Shown one piece after another: positions 1 through 9,161 of a stretch of DNA of 52,863 bases; position 1 is the stretch's first letter, and each line of letters starts with the position of its first letter. The translations under genes and the position numbers were made by a program. A model generated the notes under the pieces. It did not search any database and was not told where the DNA came from. It saw nothing but the letters and a program-made list of their open reading frames with translations. The stretch comes from Acidobacteriota bacterium (GTDB taxonomy: Bacteria > Acidobacteriota > Vicinamibacteria > Vicinamibacterales > Fen-181): contig JANYLG010000066.1 of NCBI GenBank assembly GCA_025363775.1, positions 1 through 52,863 on the forward strand. The letters are read 5' to 3'.

Positions 1-1
1 C

Positions 2-973
2 GCTGCGGTCGCGCACCAGGACACCGCGCTCGCTGAGCCCGTCGCGGATCGCCATCGAGGCGTCTCCGACGTGGAACAGGACGAAGTTGCCTTGGCTCTT
101 GTAGAACGGAATGCCGCGTTTCTCGAAGCCCTCGTAGAGCCGTTCTCTCGCCAGGATCGCCTGGCCCACGAAATCGGCGACGTAGGCGGGGTCACCCACC
201 CCGGCGCGGGCCGCTACCGCCGCGAGAATGTTCACACTGTATGGCGATTGCGCCTTGTGCAGGAACTTCACGTTGTCTTCTTGCGAGAACAGGCAGCCGA
301 TGCGCAGCCCGGCGAGGCCGTACGCTTTCGAAAAGGTTCGGCTGACGAACAGATTCTGGTAGCGATCTATCAGCGGCAGTGCCGTCACGCCGCAGAACTC
401 GTAGTAGGCCTCGTCGAACAGCACGGCGGCCCGGGGCGCGTGCTTCAGAATGGTTTCGATCGTCTCACACCCAATGCCCGTGCCGGTCGGGTTGTTGGGA
501 TTCGAAATGAGGACCGCGCGTGTCGCGGGCGAGATTGCCGCGAGCAGTTCTTCGAGCGGGAAAGCCAGGCTGGCAGCGCGATAAGGCCGCTCGAGAATCT
601 TCGCTCCCGCCACCTCCGAATAGAAACGGTACATGGCGTACGAGGGCGTGAGTACGATGACTTCCTCGTCCTTGTCCACGAAGGTATTGATCAGCACCTG
701 GATCGCTTCGTCGGTGCCGTTGGTCAGCGAGAATTGCGACTGGGGCACGCGGAAGAACCCGGACAAGGCCTCGCGCGTCGCTTCATATTCTGGGTAGATC
801 GTCAGGCGCTCCTGCGTGATTGCCTGTACTAGTGCGCGCACCACGGCGGGCGAACACCCCACGGTATTCTCGTTGAAATCCAGGCGCAGCTTGCCGGCTC
901 GCCCCGCGGTCGGAGGCGAGTAGGAAGCCATCTCTACGACCGCGCGACGCGGCTTCAACTCTGCCTCATCCAC
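2..973 (-). CDS. hisC: Histidinol-phosphate aminotransferase, 3' end truncated by the window edge (absent from the ORF track)
   Basis: Manual translation from GTG at 973 (GGAGG upstream, overlapping the hisD end) gives MDEAELKPRRAVVEMASYSPPTAGRAGKLRLDFNEN, then NPNNPTG, DEAYYEF and the PLP-lysine motif SRTFSKAYGLAGLRIG. Lies directly downstream of hisD. Confidence 0.93.
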   Translation of the reverse strand, partial: MDEAELKPRRAVVEMASYSPPTAGRAGKLRLDFNENTVGCSPAVVRALVQAITQERLTIYPEYEATREALSGFFRVPQSQFSLTNGTDEAIQVLINTFVDKDEEVIVLTPSYAMYRFYSEVAGAKILERPYRAASLAFPLEELLAAISPATRAVLISNPNNPTGTGIGCETIETILKHAPRAAVLFDEAYYEFCGVTALPLIDRYQNLFVSRTFSKAYGLAGLRIGCLFSQEDNVKFLHKAQSPYSVNILAAVAARAGVGDPAYVADFVGQAILARERLYEGFEKRGIPFYKSQGNFVLFHVGDASMAIRDGLSERGVLVRDRS

Positions 974-2207
974 GGCGTACCTCCACCGAGCGCGCATGCG
1001 CTTCCAGGCCCTCGGCACGGGCCAGCGTTGTAATGGCTGGCGACAATCGAGCCAGTGCCTGGGGATTCAACTGCTGGACGGAAATCACCTTCACAAAGTC
1101 GGCCGCGCTGAGCCCTCCACGCAGTCTGGCCGCGCCCGATGTCGGCAACACGTGGTTGGGGCCGGAGGCATAGTCGCCGGCCGCCTCCGGGCTGGTTGGT
1201 CCCAGAAACACACTGCCCGCGTGACGCACGCCTCCGATCAACGTTGCATCCTGCAGGCTCAGATGTTCGGGCGCGAAGCGGTTCGACAACTCCATCGCCT
1301 CTTCGTCCGAGGCGACCAGAAGGATGGCGCTGTTCTTGTCAATGGCTTTGCGTGCTGTCGGAGCGGTCGGTAGCGTGGTGAGTTGCGTTGCGATCTCCGC
1401 CGCGACGGCTTCGGCCAGACTCTTCGACGTCGTGAGGAGAATCGCGGAGGCGTCGGTGTCATGCTCGGCCTGAGCCAGCATATCGGCCGCCAGCCAGCGC
1501 GGATTTCCCTCCGAAGCGATGATGAGTATCTCGGTCGGCCCGGCCACGAAATCGATGCCGACTTCTCCGGCCAGCAGTTTCTTCGCGGCTGCGACATAGA
1601 TGTTGCCGGGGCCCACGATGCGGTCGGCGCGCGGGACGGTTCGCGTGCCGTAGGCGAACGCCGCGATGGCCTGCGCGCCACCCATTTCGAAGACGTGTGT
1701 CGCCTCGAGAATGAAAGCCGTGCCGAAGAGTTCGTCCATCGGCCGCGGCGTGGCCACCATGATGTTCGCGACGCCCGCGACCTTCGCGGGCACCACTGTC
1801 ATGATGACCGTCGAGGGCAGAGGATAGCGCCCTGAAGGAATATAGGCCGCGACGCTCTCGAGGGGGAGCACGATCTGCGAGAGACTCAGTCCTGGCGCCG
1901 GCTGTGCTCTCTTCGCCAGCGGGAGTTGAAGCTTCGCGAAGGCCCGGACGTTCTTTGCCGAAGTCTGTACCGCCTTACAAAATTGCGGCGACAGGCGTCC
2001 GGCCGCCGCGTCGAGTTCGGCTCGTGGCACGGCCACGCTCTTACGTTCCAGCTTGTCGAACTTACGAGCGTATTCGAGCAGGGCTTTGTCGCCGCGCTTG
2101 CGCACGTCTTCGAGGATCGGGCGGACGATCGCCTCGGCGTCGCTGAACCTGGCCGCCCGCCGGCGCAGCAACCCGGCGGCGGCTGAACTCTCGAGGATGC
2201 GAATCAT
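966..2207 (-). CDS. hisD: Histidinol dehydrogenase
   Basis: Motifs GGAQAIAAFAYGT, IVGPGNIYVAAAK, AQAEHD, FAPEHL, GDYASGPNHVLPT and EGLEAHA. Confidence 0.97.
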   Translation of the reverse strand: MIRILESSAAAGLLRRRAARFSDAEAIVRPILEDVRKRGDKALLEYARKFDKLERKSVAVPRAELDAAAGRLSPQFCKAVQTSAKNVRAFAKLQLPLAKRAQPAPGLSLSQIVLPLESVAAYIPSGRYPLPSTVIMTVVPAKVAGVANIMVATPRPMDELFGTAFILEATHVFEMGGAQAIAAFAYGTRTVPRADRIVGPGNIYVAAAKKLLAGEVGIDFVAGPTEILIIASEGNPRWLAADMLAQAEHDTDASAILLTTSKSLAEAVAAEIATQLTTLPTAPTARKAIDKNSAILLVASDEEAMELSNRFAPEHLSLQDATLIGGVRHAGSVFLGPTSPEAAGDYASGPNHVLPTSGAARLRGGLSAADFVKVISVQQLNPQALARLSPAITTLARAEGLEAHARSVEVRRG

Positions 2208-2220
2208 GGCAGATCGGCCC

Positions 2221-3093
2221 TCACAATACGATCTTGTTCAGCGGGTATTCGACGATGCCTTGCGCGCCCGCTTCTTTGAGACGGGGAATGATAACCCGCA
2301 CGGTGATCTCGTCGAGAATCGTGTTTACCGCCAACCACTCGCCATCGCTGAGCGAAGAGATCGTCGGGTTCTTCAACGCGGGCAAAACAGCCAACACGTG
2401 TTCGAGATCGTTCTTGTGGACGTTCAACATCAGGCCGACTTTACCGAGAGCATGGATCGCGCCTTCGAGCAGCATCGCCACATCTTGGATTTTGCGCCGC
2501 TTCCAGTCATCCTCCCAGGAAGCCTTGTTGGCGATGAACTGCGTGTTCGATTCGAGCACAGTGTCGATGATGCGCAGATTGTTCGCGCGCAGCGACGACC
2601 CGGTCTCGGTGACTTCGACGATGGCGTCGGCCAGCACCGGCGGTTTCACCTCGGTCGCGCCCCAGGAGAACTCCACCCTTGCAGTGACGCCGAACCTTGC
2701 AAGGTACCGCGTTGTGGCCCCTACCAGTTCCGTCGCGATGACTTTGCCTTGCAGGTCCTCAACGCTCTGAAATGGGGACGATTCGGGAACGGCAAGCACC
2801 CAACGCACGACGCCGAAGCTCTGCTTGGCGTAAATCAGATCGGCCACTGTGACGACATCGGAGTCGTTCTCCACCACCCAGTCCAAGCCCGTCAGGCCTG
2901 CGTCGAGTACGCCATCTTCGACGTAGCGCGCCATCTCCTGGGCGCGGATCAGTATGCACTCGATTTCGATGTCGTCGATCGAGGGAAAGTAACTCCGGCT
3001 CGACACCTGAATGTTGAATCCTGCACGACGAAAGAGATCGACGGTCGCGGTCTCGAGACTGCCCTTGGGAATGCCCAGCTTGAGCTTCATCAC
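2221..3093 (-). CDS. hisG: ATP phosphoribosyltransferase, long form with C-terminal regulatory domain
   Basis: [42 protein letters not shown]; 290 aa with PTISSL...GAQGI C-terminal domain. Confidence 0.96.
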   Translation of the reverse strand: MMKLKLGIPKGSLETATVDLFRRAGFNIQVSSRSYFPSIDDIEIECILIRAQEMARYVEDGVLDAGLTGLDWVVENDSDVVTVADLIYAKQSFGVVRWVLAVPESSPFQSVEDLQGKVIATELVGATTRYLARFGVTARVEFSWGATEVKPPVLADAIVEVTETGSSLRANNLRIIDTVLESNTQFIANKASWEDDWKRRKIQDVAMLLEGAIHALGKVGLMLNVHKNDLEHVLAVLPALKNPTISSLSDGEWLAVNTILDEITVRVIIPRLKEAGAQGIVEYPLNKIVL

Positions 3094-3467
3094 TTGCCTC
3101 CGTATACGTGCTTCGGATCGTAGGTCCGCTCTTCAGTGACCTTCCACTCCGCGCTTTCGAGCGTTCGGAAGAAGCAGCTTTCATAGCCTTCGTGGCAGAC
3201 GCCAGGGCCTTTGACTTCGACGTGCAGCAGAACGCAGTCCTTGTCGCAGTCGGTCTGAATCGATTTCACCACCAGCGTGTGCCCGGAGATCTCGCCCTTC
3301 ATCCACAGCTTGTTGCGCGAGCGCGAGTAGAAGACGGCGCAGCCGGTCTCGACCGTTTTCGCGAACGACTCTTCGTTCATGAAGCCGACCATGAGCACGC
3401 GTCCGCTCTTGAAATCCTGAATGACGGCGGGAATCAACCCGCCGGTTTTCGCAAAATCGAGATCCAT
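3090..3467 (-). CDS. hisI: Phosphoribosyl-AMP cyclohydrolase, monofunctional
   Basis: [20 protein letters not shown] and CHEGYESCF motifs; no HisE domain follows. Confidence 0.95.
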   Translation of the reverse strand: MDLDFAKTGGLIPAVIQDFKSGRVLMVGFMNEESFAKTVETGCAVFYSRSRNKLWMKGEISGHTLVVKSIQTDCDKDCVLLHVEVKGPGVCHEGYESCFFRTLESAEWKVTEERTYDPKHVYGGK

Positions 3468-3499
3468 TCCAGTCGATTCCCTCCAAGAATTGAGATCAC

Positions 3500-3544
3500 A
3501 AAAACGAAACGGCCCGCTCCCCGATTTGGGGGCGGGCCGTTTCG
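3500..3544 (-). terminator. Intrinsic terminator of the his attenuator
   Basis: Minus strand reads CGAAACGGCCCGCCCCC-AAATCG-GGGAGCGGGCCGTTTCG followed by TTTTT, between the leader ORF and hisI. Confidence 0.9.
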
Positions 3545-3565
3545 CTGAACTCCTTCAATACTCGC

Positions 3566-3634
3566 TCAGGACACAACGTACCCGCCCATCCCATGATGGT
3601 GATGATGGTGGGTGCGGTTCAGATTGAGCGGCAT
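3566..3634 (-). CDS. hisL: his operon leader peptide MPLNLNRTHHHHHHGMGGYVVS (22 aa)
   Basis: ATG at 3634, six consecutive His codons (CAC CAT CAT CAC CAT CAT), TGA at 3566-3568, immediately upstream of the terminator and hisI. Confidence 0.9.
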   Translation of the reverse strand: MPLNLNRTHHHHHHGMGGYVVS

Positions 3635-3643
3635 GAAGATGAC

Positions 3644-3652
3644 AGAATAACA
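3644..3652 (-). promoter_or_regulatory. Extended -10 promoter (TGtTATTCT) of the his leader
   Basis: TGn-TATTCT lies 9 nt upstream of the leader ATG; no Shine-Dalgarno is visible. Confidence 0.55.
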
Positions 3653-3754
3653 CGCATTGCGGCATTGACCCGCCCTCCTCGCGTCGCGCCGTCTCGAATG
3701 TCGCGTTGGCCACGACCTGTTCCGGCTGAGGTGGCGCGGGGGGCCGCGCGCTCT

Positions 3755-3952
3755 TCACCGCACGTTCGGCCGCCTCCAATTGCAGCTTCCGCACCTGCCA
3801 ACCGATCCTTTGACAGTCACGAACTCGGTTTGCGGCGGGGCCTGGGCCTGGGCGGCATGCGGCGCCATGGCCAGCACCGTACGGAGGTCCAGCGCGGAGG
3901 CGGCCGCGGCGAGCGACGACGAGGCAAGGAACTGGCGCCGGTTTTCGCAAAT
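3755..3952 (-). pseudogene. Remnant of a Tat-exported protein N-terminus
   Basis: Frame reads ICENRRQFLASSSLAAAASALDLRTVLAMAPHAAQAQAPPQTEFVTVKGSVG..., with a twin-arginine motif, hydrophobic stretch and AQA site. There is no in-frame ATG/GTG/TTG ahead of the motif, and the frame stops after 65 codons. Confidence 0.5.
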
Positions 3953-4008
3953 CCGACGGCCGGAAGTGGGTTACGCTTGTGCCCGGCGCGCTCGAGAGGT
4001 TGCTGACG

Positions 4009-5295
4009 ATGTCCTTCCTGGATCGGATCTTCCCGGGGTTCCTGGCCGCACGGCGGGATCTGGCCGCGCGCCGTCCGCCCCATTTCCGCCCCGTCGCGGC
4101 GTCGTTTGCGCCATCGCCCGCGCCGTTCGACGATCTCCCGGCGCCCGAGGTCGACACGATCAACGAGAGCTCGCGGCGCTACTTCGAGCAGGACGGGATG
4201 CGGGCCTTCTGGATCAACAAGCCGTTCTCGGACGCGGTGTGGACCGGCTGGACGCTGTGGCGCTTCGGTCACCTGCTGACGGCGCTCGACCTGCGGCCCG
4301 GGGATCGTGTGCTCGACTTCGGCTGCGGGTCGGGCTGGTCTTCCATGATGCTCGCGCGGATGGGAACCGAGGTCGTGGGCATGGACATCGCGCCGGCGGC
4401 CATCGAGATCGCCCGCGAGACCTCGGCGCGCGGCCTGATGGACGTTGATGTGCCGCGTCCGCGATTCCAGGTGTACTCGGGCGGGCGCATCGACGCGCCG
4501 GACGGCCACTTCGACGCGATTGTGGTGTACGACGCGTTCCACCACCTGCCAAACCCGCGGACGGTGCTCGACGAGTTCCACCGCGTGCTGGCGCCGAACA
4601 GCCGGCTCGGCCTCGCCGAGCCGGGCATCGGCCACGCCGAGGGCGCGCATTCCCGCGACGAGATGGCCAAGGGCGTGCTCGAGCGCGAGCTGGACCTCGA
4701 GCAGCTGCATCGGAGCGGCCTGGCCGCGGGGTTCCAGGGCATGGAGGTGCTGGTCCCGGGCCTGCACCCGCACTCTGTCACGCTCCCGATGCGGCGGCTC
4801 CGATGGTACCTGCGCGGGCTGTCGTGGCTCGTGCCGGCGGACCATGTCCGCCTGGCGATCCTGCGGACGCCGATCGCGGTGTTCTGGAAAGGCCCCTACT
4901 TCATTTCGAGCGCCCACCCGCGTGACCAGTCGGCGGCGATCAAGCCGGGCCGCGCCTCGTTGACCTGCCGGCCGGGTGAGGCGTTCGTCATCGACGCCGA
5001 CGTGACCAACACGAACACGACGGTGTGGTTGAAGGACGGCCAACGAGGCCGGGGAGTCGTACGGCTCGGCGCGCACCTGCTCGCCGGCGACGGTCGGGCC
5101 ATCGAGCAGGACTACGGCCGCGCGGCGATCCCGCACGACATGGCGCGCGGTTCGAGCGCGCGCCTCGAGTTACGCCTGTGGGCTCCAGGCACGGCCGGCC
5201 GGTTCATCGTCCGCCTCGACATGGTCGACGAGGGCATCGCCTGGTTCGCAGCCGAGAACTCGCCGACCGCAGACGTCACGCTCATGGTGGGATAG
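4009..5295 (+). CDS. Class I SAM-dependent methyltransferase with C-terminal Ig-like domain
   Basis: VLDFGCGSGW, GMDIA and FDAIVVYDAFHH motifs; beta-rich C-terminus (VTNTNTTVW...VRLGAHL...RLDMVDEGIAWF). ATG 4009 preferred because GAGAGG lies upstream. Confidence 0.85.
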   Translation: MSFLDRIFPGFLAARRDLAARRPPHFRPVAASFAPSPAPFDDLPAPEVDTINESSRRYFEQDGMRAFWINKPFSDAVWTGWTLWRFGHLLTALDLRPGDRVLDFGCGSGWSSMMLARMGTEVVGMDIAPAAIEIARETSARGLMDVDVPRPRFQVYSGGRIDAPDGHFDAIVVYDAFHHLPNPRTVLDEFHRVLAPNSRLGLAEPGIGHAEGAHSRDEMAKGVLERELDLEQLHRSGLAAGFQGMEVLVPGLHPHSVTLPMRRLRWYLRGLSWLVPADHVRLAILRTPIAVFWKGPYFISSAHPRDQSAAIKPGRASLTCRPGEAFVIDADVTNTNTTVWLKDGQRGRGVVRLGAHLLAGDGRAIEQDYGRAAIPHDMARGSSARLELRLWAPGTAGRFIVRLDMVDEGIAWFAAENSPTADVTLMVG

Positions 5296-5367
5296 CCGGT
5301 ACCGTCCGCGAACGCCCGAACAATCCTCGCCTTTGACCGCGTTGCGCTCGACGTTCGCGTGGACACT

Positions 5368-5393
5368 GGTATGGTCGCCGAGGTGACCATACC
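5368..5393. other. 9-bp perfect inverted repeat between convergent genes (terminator or operator)
   Basis: GGTATGGTC-gccgaggt-GACCATACC. Confidence 0.45.
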
Positions 5394-5520
5394 TCCGCGT
5401 CGCCGCATGCGGTGGCTTCGGTTGCGTTCGCCCGACTCGGGGGATGCCGCAGTGGCCGAAGGTCAAGCTGTCGTGACGGTGTTGGCCCTGGAAGGTGTCT
5501 GGTGCAGGCTGACAACGGCT

Positions 5521-6738
5521 CTACCGCCTCGCGTATTTCGTCTCGACGTAGTCGTCCACCAGACACTGGAACGCGTCGGCCAGCTCTATGGAGGTGCCCT
5601 CGAGCGTCGTGACGTGCCGCCCGTCGATGAACACGGGACAGTGCGGCGCTTCGCCGATGCCCGGCAGGCTGATGCCGATATTGGCGGCCTTCGATTCGCC
5701 GGGGCCGTTCACCACGCATCCCATCACCGCCAGCGTCATCTGCTCGACGCCGTCGTAGCGCTCCTTCCACGCCGGCATCTGCTCGCGCACATAGCCCTGG
5801 ATGCGCTCGGCCAGCTCCTGGAAGGTCGTGCTCGTCGTCCGGCCGCAGCCAGGGCAGGCAGTGACGCTCGGAGCAAAGGCCCGGAGCCCGAGCGCCTGCA
5901 ACAGCTCGCACGCGGCGTACACCTCTTCCCGACGGTCGCCCCCGGGGCGGGGCGTGAGCGACACGCGAATCGTGTCACCGATGCCCTCGTTCAGCAGCAC
6001 GCCCATCGCCGACGCCGACCACACCAGGCCCTTGATTCCCATCCCGGCCTCGGTCAGCCCGAGGTGCAGCGGCTGATCGGTCTTCGTCGCGAGATCGCGA
6101 TACACCGCGATGAGGTGAGCGGGCCGTGACACCTTGCAGGAGATGATGACCTGGTCCTCGCGGAGGCCGGACTCGAGCGCCAGGCCGGCGGATTCGAGCG
6201 CCGAGAGGACCAGGCACTCGCTGACAATCTCCTCCGAGGTGAGCCCGAGGTTCCGGTCGGAATTCTCCTGCATGCGCCGCATCACCAGGTCCTGGTTCAG
6301 CGATCCGCCGTTCACGCCAATCCGCACCGGCTTTCCCTCGTCCACGGCGACTTTGCAGATCGTCGCGAACTGTTCGTCCCGCCGGCGGCCTGACCCCACG
6401 TTGCCGGGGTTGATCCGGTACTTGTCGAGCGCGCGGGCGCAGTCGGGATGGCGCGTCAGGAGCAGATGGCCGTTGTAATGGAAGTCACCAATGAGCGGTG
6501 CGTCGCACCCGGAGTCGAGCAGGCGGCGTTTGATCGCTGGCACCGCTGCGGCGGCTTCCGGCCGGTTCACGGTGACGCGCAGCATCTCCGACCCCGCGCG
6601 CGCCAGCTCGACGCATTGGCGGACAGTCGAGTCCACGTCAGCCGTCTCCGTGTTGCACATCGACTGGACGACCACGGGCGCGCCGCCTCCAACCTGGACC
6701 TTGCCCACGCGCACGCCGACGGTGTGATGGCGCTTCAT
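5521..6738 (-). CDS. ispG: (E)-4-hydroxy-3-methylbut-2-enyl-diphosphate synthase
   Basis: [49 protein letters not shown], and cluster ligands CPGCGRT and [10 protein letters not shown]. Confidence 0.97.
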   Translation of the reverse strand: MKRHHTVGVRVGKVQVGGGAPVVVQSMCNTETADVDSTVRQCVELARAGSEMLRVTVNRPEAAAAVPAIKRRLLDSGCDAPLIGDFHYNGHLLLTRHPDCARALDKYRINPGNVGSGRRRDEQFATICKVAVDEGKPVRIGVNGGSLNQDLVMRRMQENSDRNLGLTSEEIVSECLVLSALESAGLALESGLREDQVIISCKVSRPAHLIAVYRDLATKTDQPLHLGLTEAGMGIKGLVWSASAMGVLLNEGIGDTIRVSLTPRPGGDRREEVYAACELLQALGLRAFAPSVTACPGCGRTTSTTFQELAERIQGYVREQMPAWKERYDGVEQMTLAVMGCVVNGPGESKAANIGISLPGIGEAPHCPVFIDGRHVTTLEGTSIELADAFQCLVDDYVETKYARR

Positions 6739-6744
6739 ACAGCG

Positions 6745-6753
6745 ATCATAGCA
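6745..6753 (-). promoter_or_regulatory. Extended -10 promoter giving a probably leaderless ispG mRNA
   Basis: TGc-TATGAT, 6 nt, then the ispG ATG; no Shine-Dalgarno. Confidence 0.6.
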
Positions 6754-6820
6754 GGGGCCTGTCCGGGAAGACTGCCGAGCCCGCAGGTGGACCTCGACAA
6801 CAGGAATCGCGGTCTCGTGC

Positions 6821-8122
6821 CTACACGACAGCGCCGGCTTCTTTCATCGCCGCCTTCGCCGCGCGGACCGTCTTCCTCACATCTGCCTCGGTGTGGGCCG
6901 CCGAGAGGAACCAGGCTTCGAACTGCGACGGCGGCAAATACACCCCCCGCGTCAGCATGCCCCTGAAGAACGCCGCGTACTGCATGCAGTTCGACTGGAG
7001 CGCCGACCGGTAATCGCGCACTGGCGAGCTGGTAAAGAACGGCGTGAGCAGCGATCCGTGCGCATTCACCTGCAGCGGGACCCCGGCATCTCTCGCCGCC
7101 TCGGTGAGGCCCAGGGCCAGCATCGCGCCGAGCCGGGACAACCGTTTGTAGAGATCCTTCGACAGCGCGTGGAGCGACCACAGGCCCGCCGCCATCGCGA
7201 GCGGGTTCCCGGACAGCGTTCCGGCCTGATAGACCGGGCCCGCCGGCGAGATGTATTCCATCAGGTCCGCCCGGCCGCCGTACGCGCCGACCGGCAACCC
7301 GCCGCCGATGATCTTCCCGAGGCACGTCAGGTCAGGCTTGACCTTCCAGACGTGCTGCGCGCCGCCCGCGGCCACTCGGAAGCCGGAGATGACCTCGTCG
7401 AAGATGAGCAGCATGCCGTAGCGGTCACACAGGTCTCGCAACCCCGCGAGAAACCCGTCCGACGGGAGCACGACTCCCATATTGCCGGCCAGCGGCTCCA
7501 CCACGACCGCCGCGATCTGATGGCGATAGCTATCGCACAGCCGCTCGCAGGACGACAGGTCGTTGTAGGTCGCGATCAGGGTGTGCTGCGCGGTCTTGCG
7601 GGGCACGCCGGGGCTCGTGGGCACGCCGAGCGTCGTGGCGCCAGAGCCCGCCTTGACGAGGAACTGGTCGGCGTGGCCGTGATAGCACCCTTCGAACTTG
7701 ATGATGCGGTCGCGACCCGTAGCGGCCCTCGCGAGCCGCACGGCGCTCATCGCCGCCTCGGTCCCGGAGTTGACGAATCGCACGCGCTCGATCGACGGCA
7801 TCAGCGAGCGCACTTTCTCGCCGAGCGTCACCTCGGACTCGGTCGGGGCGCCGTAACTGGTGCCCAGACGCGCGGTGTCGGCGATGACCTTCACCAGGCC
7901 CCGTGGCGCGTGGCCGTGGATCAGCGGGCCCCACGACATCACGTAGTCGATGTAGGTGTGGCCGTCCACATCTTCCAGGCGGGCGCCCCTGGCGGCCTTG
8001 ATGAACAAGGGATCGCCGCCGACCGCCTTGAAGGCGCGGACGGGGCTGTCAACGCCGCCCGGCAGCACTTTCTGCGCGCGGGCGAAGAGCCTGGCGGACT
8101 TGGGCCAATGGAGTATCTTCAT
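6821..8122 (-). CDS. hemL: Glutamate-1-semialdehyde 2,1-aminomutase
   Basis: [61 protein letters not shown] and PSQFEA. Confidence 0.97.
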   Translation of the reverse strand: MKILHWPKSARLFARAQKVLPGGVDSPVRAFKAVGGDPLFIKAARGARLEDVDGHTYIDYVMSWGPLIHGHAPRGLVKVIADTARLGTSYGAPTESEVTLGEKVRSLMPSIERVRFVNSGTEAAMSAVRLARAATGRDRIIKFEGCYHGHADQFLVKAGSGATTLGVPTSPGVPRKTAQHTLIATYNDLSSCERLCDSYRHQIAAVVVEPLAGNMGVVLPSDGFLAGLRDLCDRYGMLLIFDEVISGFRVAAGGAQHVWKVKPDLTCLGKIIGGGLPVGAYGGRADLMEYISPAGPVYQAGTLSGNPLAMAAGLWSLHALSKDLYKRLSRLGAMLALGLTEAARDAGVPLQVNAHGSLLTPFFTSSPVRDYRSALQSNCMQYAAFFRGMLTRGVYLPPSQFEAWFLSAAHTEADVRKTVRAAKAAMKEAGAVV

Positions 8123-8125
8123 GTC

Positions 8126-9121
8126 CTATTTGAGCGACCGCGCAGCTTCGCGCGCGAAGTAGGTAATGATGATGTCGGCGCCGGCCCGGCGAATGCCGGT
8201 CAGCATCTCCATCATGGCACGGTGGCCGTCGATCCAGCCTCGTTCGGCGGCGGCCTTCAGCATCGAGTACTCGCCGCTCACGTTGTACGCGGCCGTTGGA
8301 TAGCCAAACTCCGCCTTCACGCGGGCGATGACGTCGAGGTACGGCAGCGCGGGCTTCACCATGACGATGTCCGCCCCCTCCTCGATGTCCTCCGCCACCT
8401 CGCGCAGCGCTTCTTCCGAGTTGCCCGGATCCATCTGGTGAGAGCGCCGGTCACCGAACTTCGGCGCCGAGTCAGCCGCGTCGCGGAACGGGCCGTAGAA
8501 GGCCGAGCAATACTTGGCCGCGTACGACATGATCGCGACGTCCTGGAACCCACGCTCGTCGAGCGCACCCCGAATCGCGCCGATCCGGCCGTCCAACATG
8601 TCGGACGGCGCCACGATGTCGGCGCCCGCCTCGGCATGGGAGATGGCCACGCGGACGAGGAGCCCCACGCTCTCGTCGTTGGCGATCTCGCCGTTCACCA
8701 CGACGCCGCAATGCCCGTGCGACGTGTATTCACACAGGCACACGTCGGTGATCACCAGGATCTCGGGGTCGGCCTGCTTGATGGCCCGGACCGCGGCCTG
8801 CACCGGCGCCTGGGCGTCGTACGCCGCCGATCCCACGTCGTCCTTGTACGCCGGCAGGCCGAACAGCAGCACCCCTGGGACGCCGTCAGCCTTCGCCGCC
8901 ACCGCTTCCTTCACCGCCTCGTCCACCGAGAGGTTGAAGACGCCGGGCATCGACGTCACCTCGCGGCGGACGCCAGAGCCTTCGCACACGAACAACGGAT
9001 AAATCAACATGTCGGGCGAGAGGCGGGTTTCGCGCACCATCGCTCTGATCGCCGGCGACCGTCGCAGGCGGCGGCCGCGGCGGACAAGCTTCAAACGGGT
9101 ACCGATCTCGGTTGGTGACAT
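8126..9121 (-). CDS. hemB: Porphobilinogen synthase (Zn type)
   Basis: [37 protein letters not shown] and AYNVSGEY. Confidence 0.97.
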   Translation of the reverse strand: MSPTEIGTRLKLVRRGRRLRRSPAIRAMVRETRLSPDMLIYPLFVCEGSGVRREVTSMPGVFNLSVDEAVKEAVAAKADGVPGVLLFGLPAYKDDVGSAAYDAQAPVQAAVRAIKQADPEILVITDVCLCEYTSHGHCGVVVNGEIANDESVGLLVRVAISHAEAGADIVAPSDMLDGRIGAIRGALDERGFQDVAIMSYAAKYCSAFYGPFRDAADSAPKFGDRRSHQMDPGNSEEALREVAEDIEEGADIVMVKPALPYLDVIARVKAEFGYPTAAYNVSGEYSMLKAAAERGWIDGHRAMMEMLTGIRRAGADIIITYFAREAARSLK

Positions 9122-9161
9122 AGTGAATCCTCTCTCTGTCCGGACGACCGACCTGTCGCCT

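Noticed and set aside
71-832. 253-aa plus-strand ORF
   Set aside because: It is antisense to hisC, which the ORF track missed because hisC has no stop inside the window.
5480-5515. Selenocysteine CxxU motif in the HMA-like scrap
   Set aside because: The nearby TGA is out of frame with the Cys codon, and no SECIS-like hairpin is evident.
6893-9118. 741-aa plus-strand ORF and similar long ORFs (3817-5136, 20366-22489, 22738-24402, 31739-33700, 39244-41001, 41727-44078)
   Set aside because: They are antisense shadows of well-supported genes. High-GC codon bias suppresses stops on the opposite strand, and the translations show no motifs.
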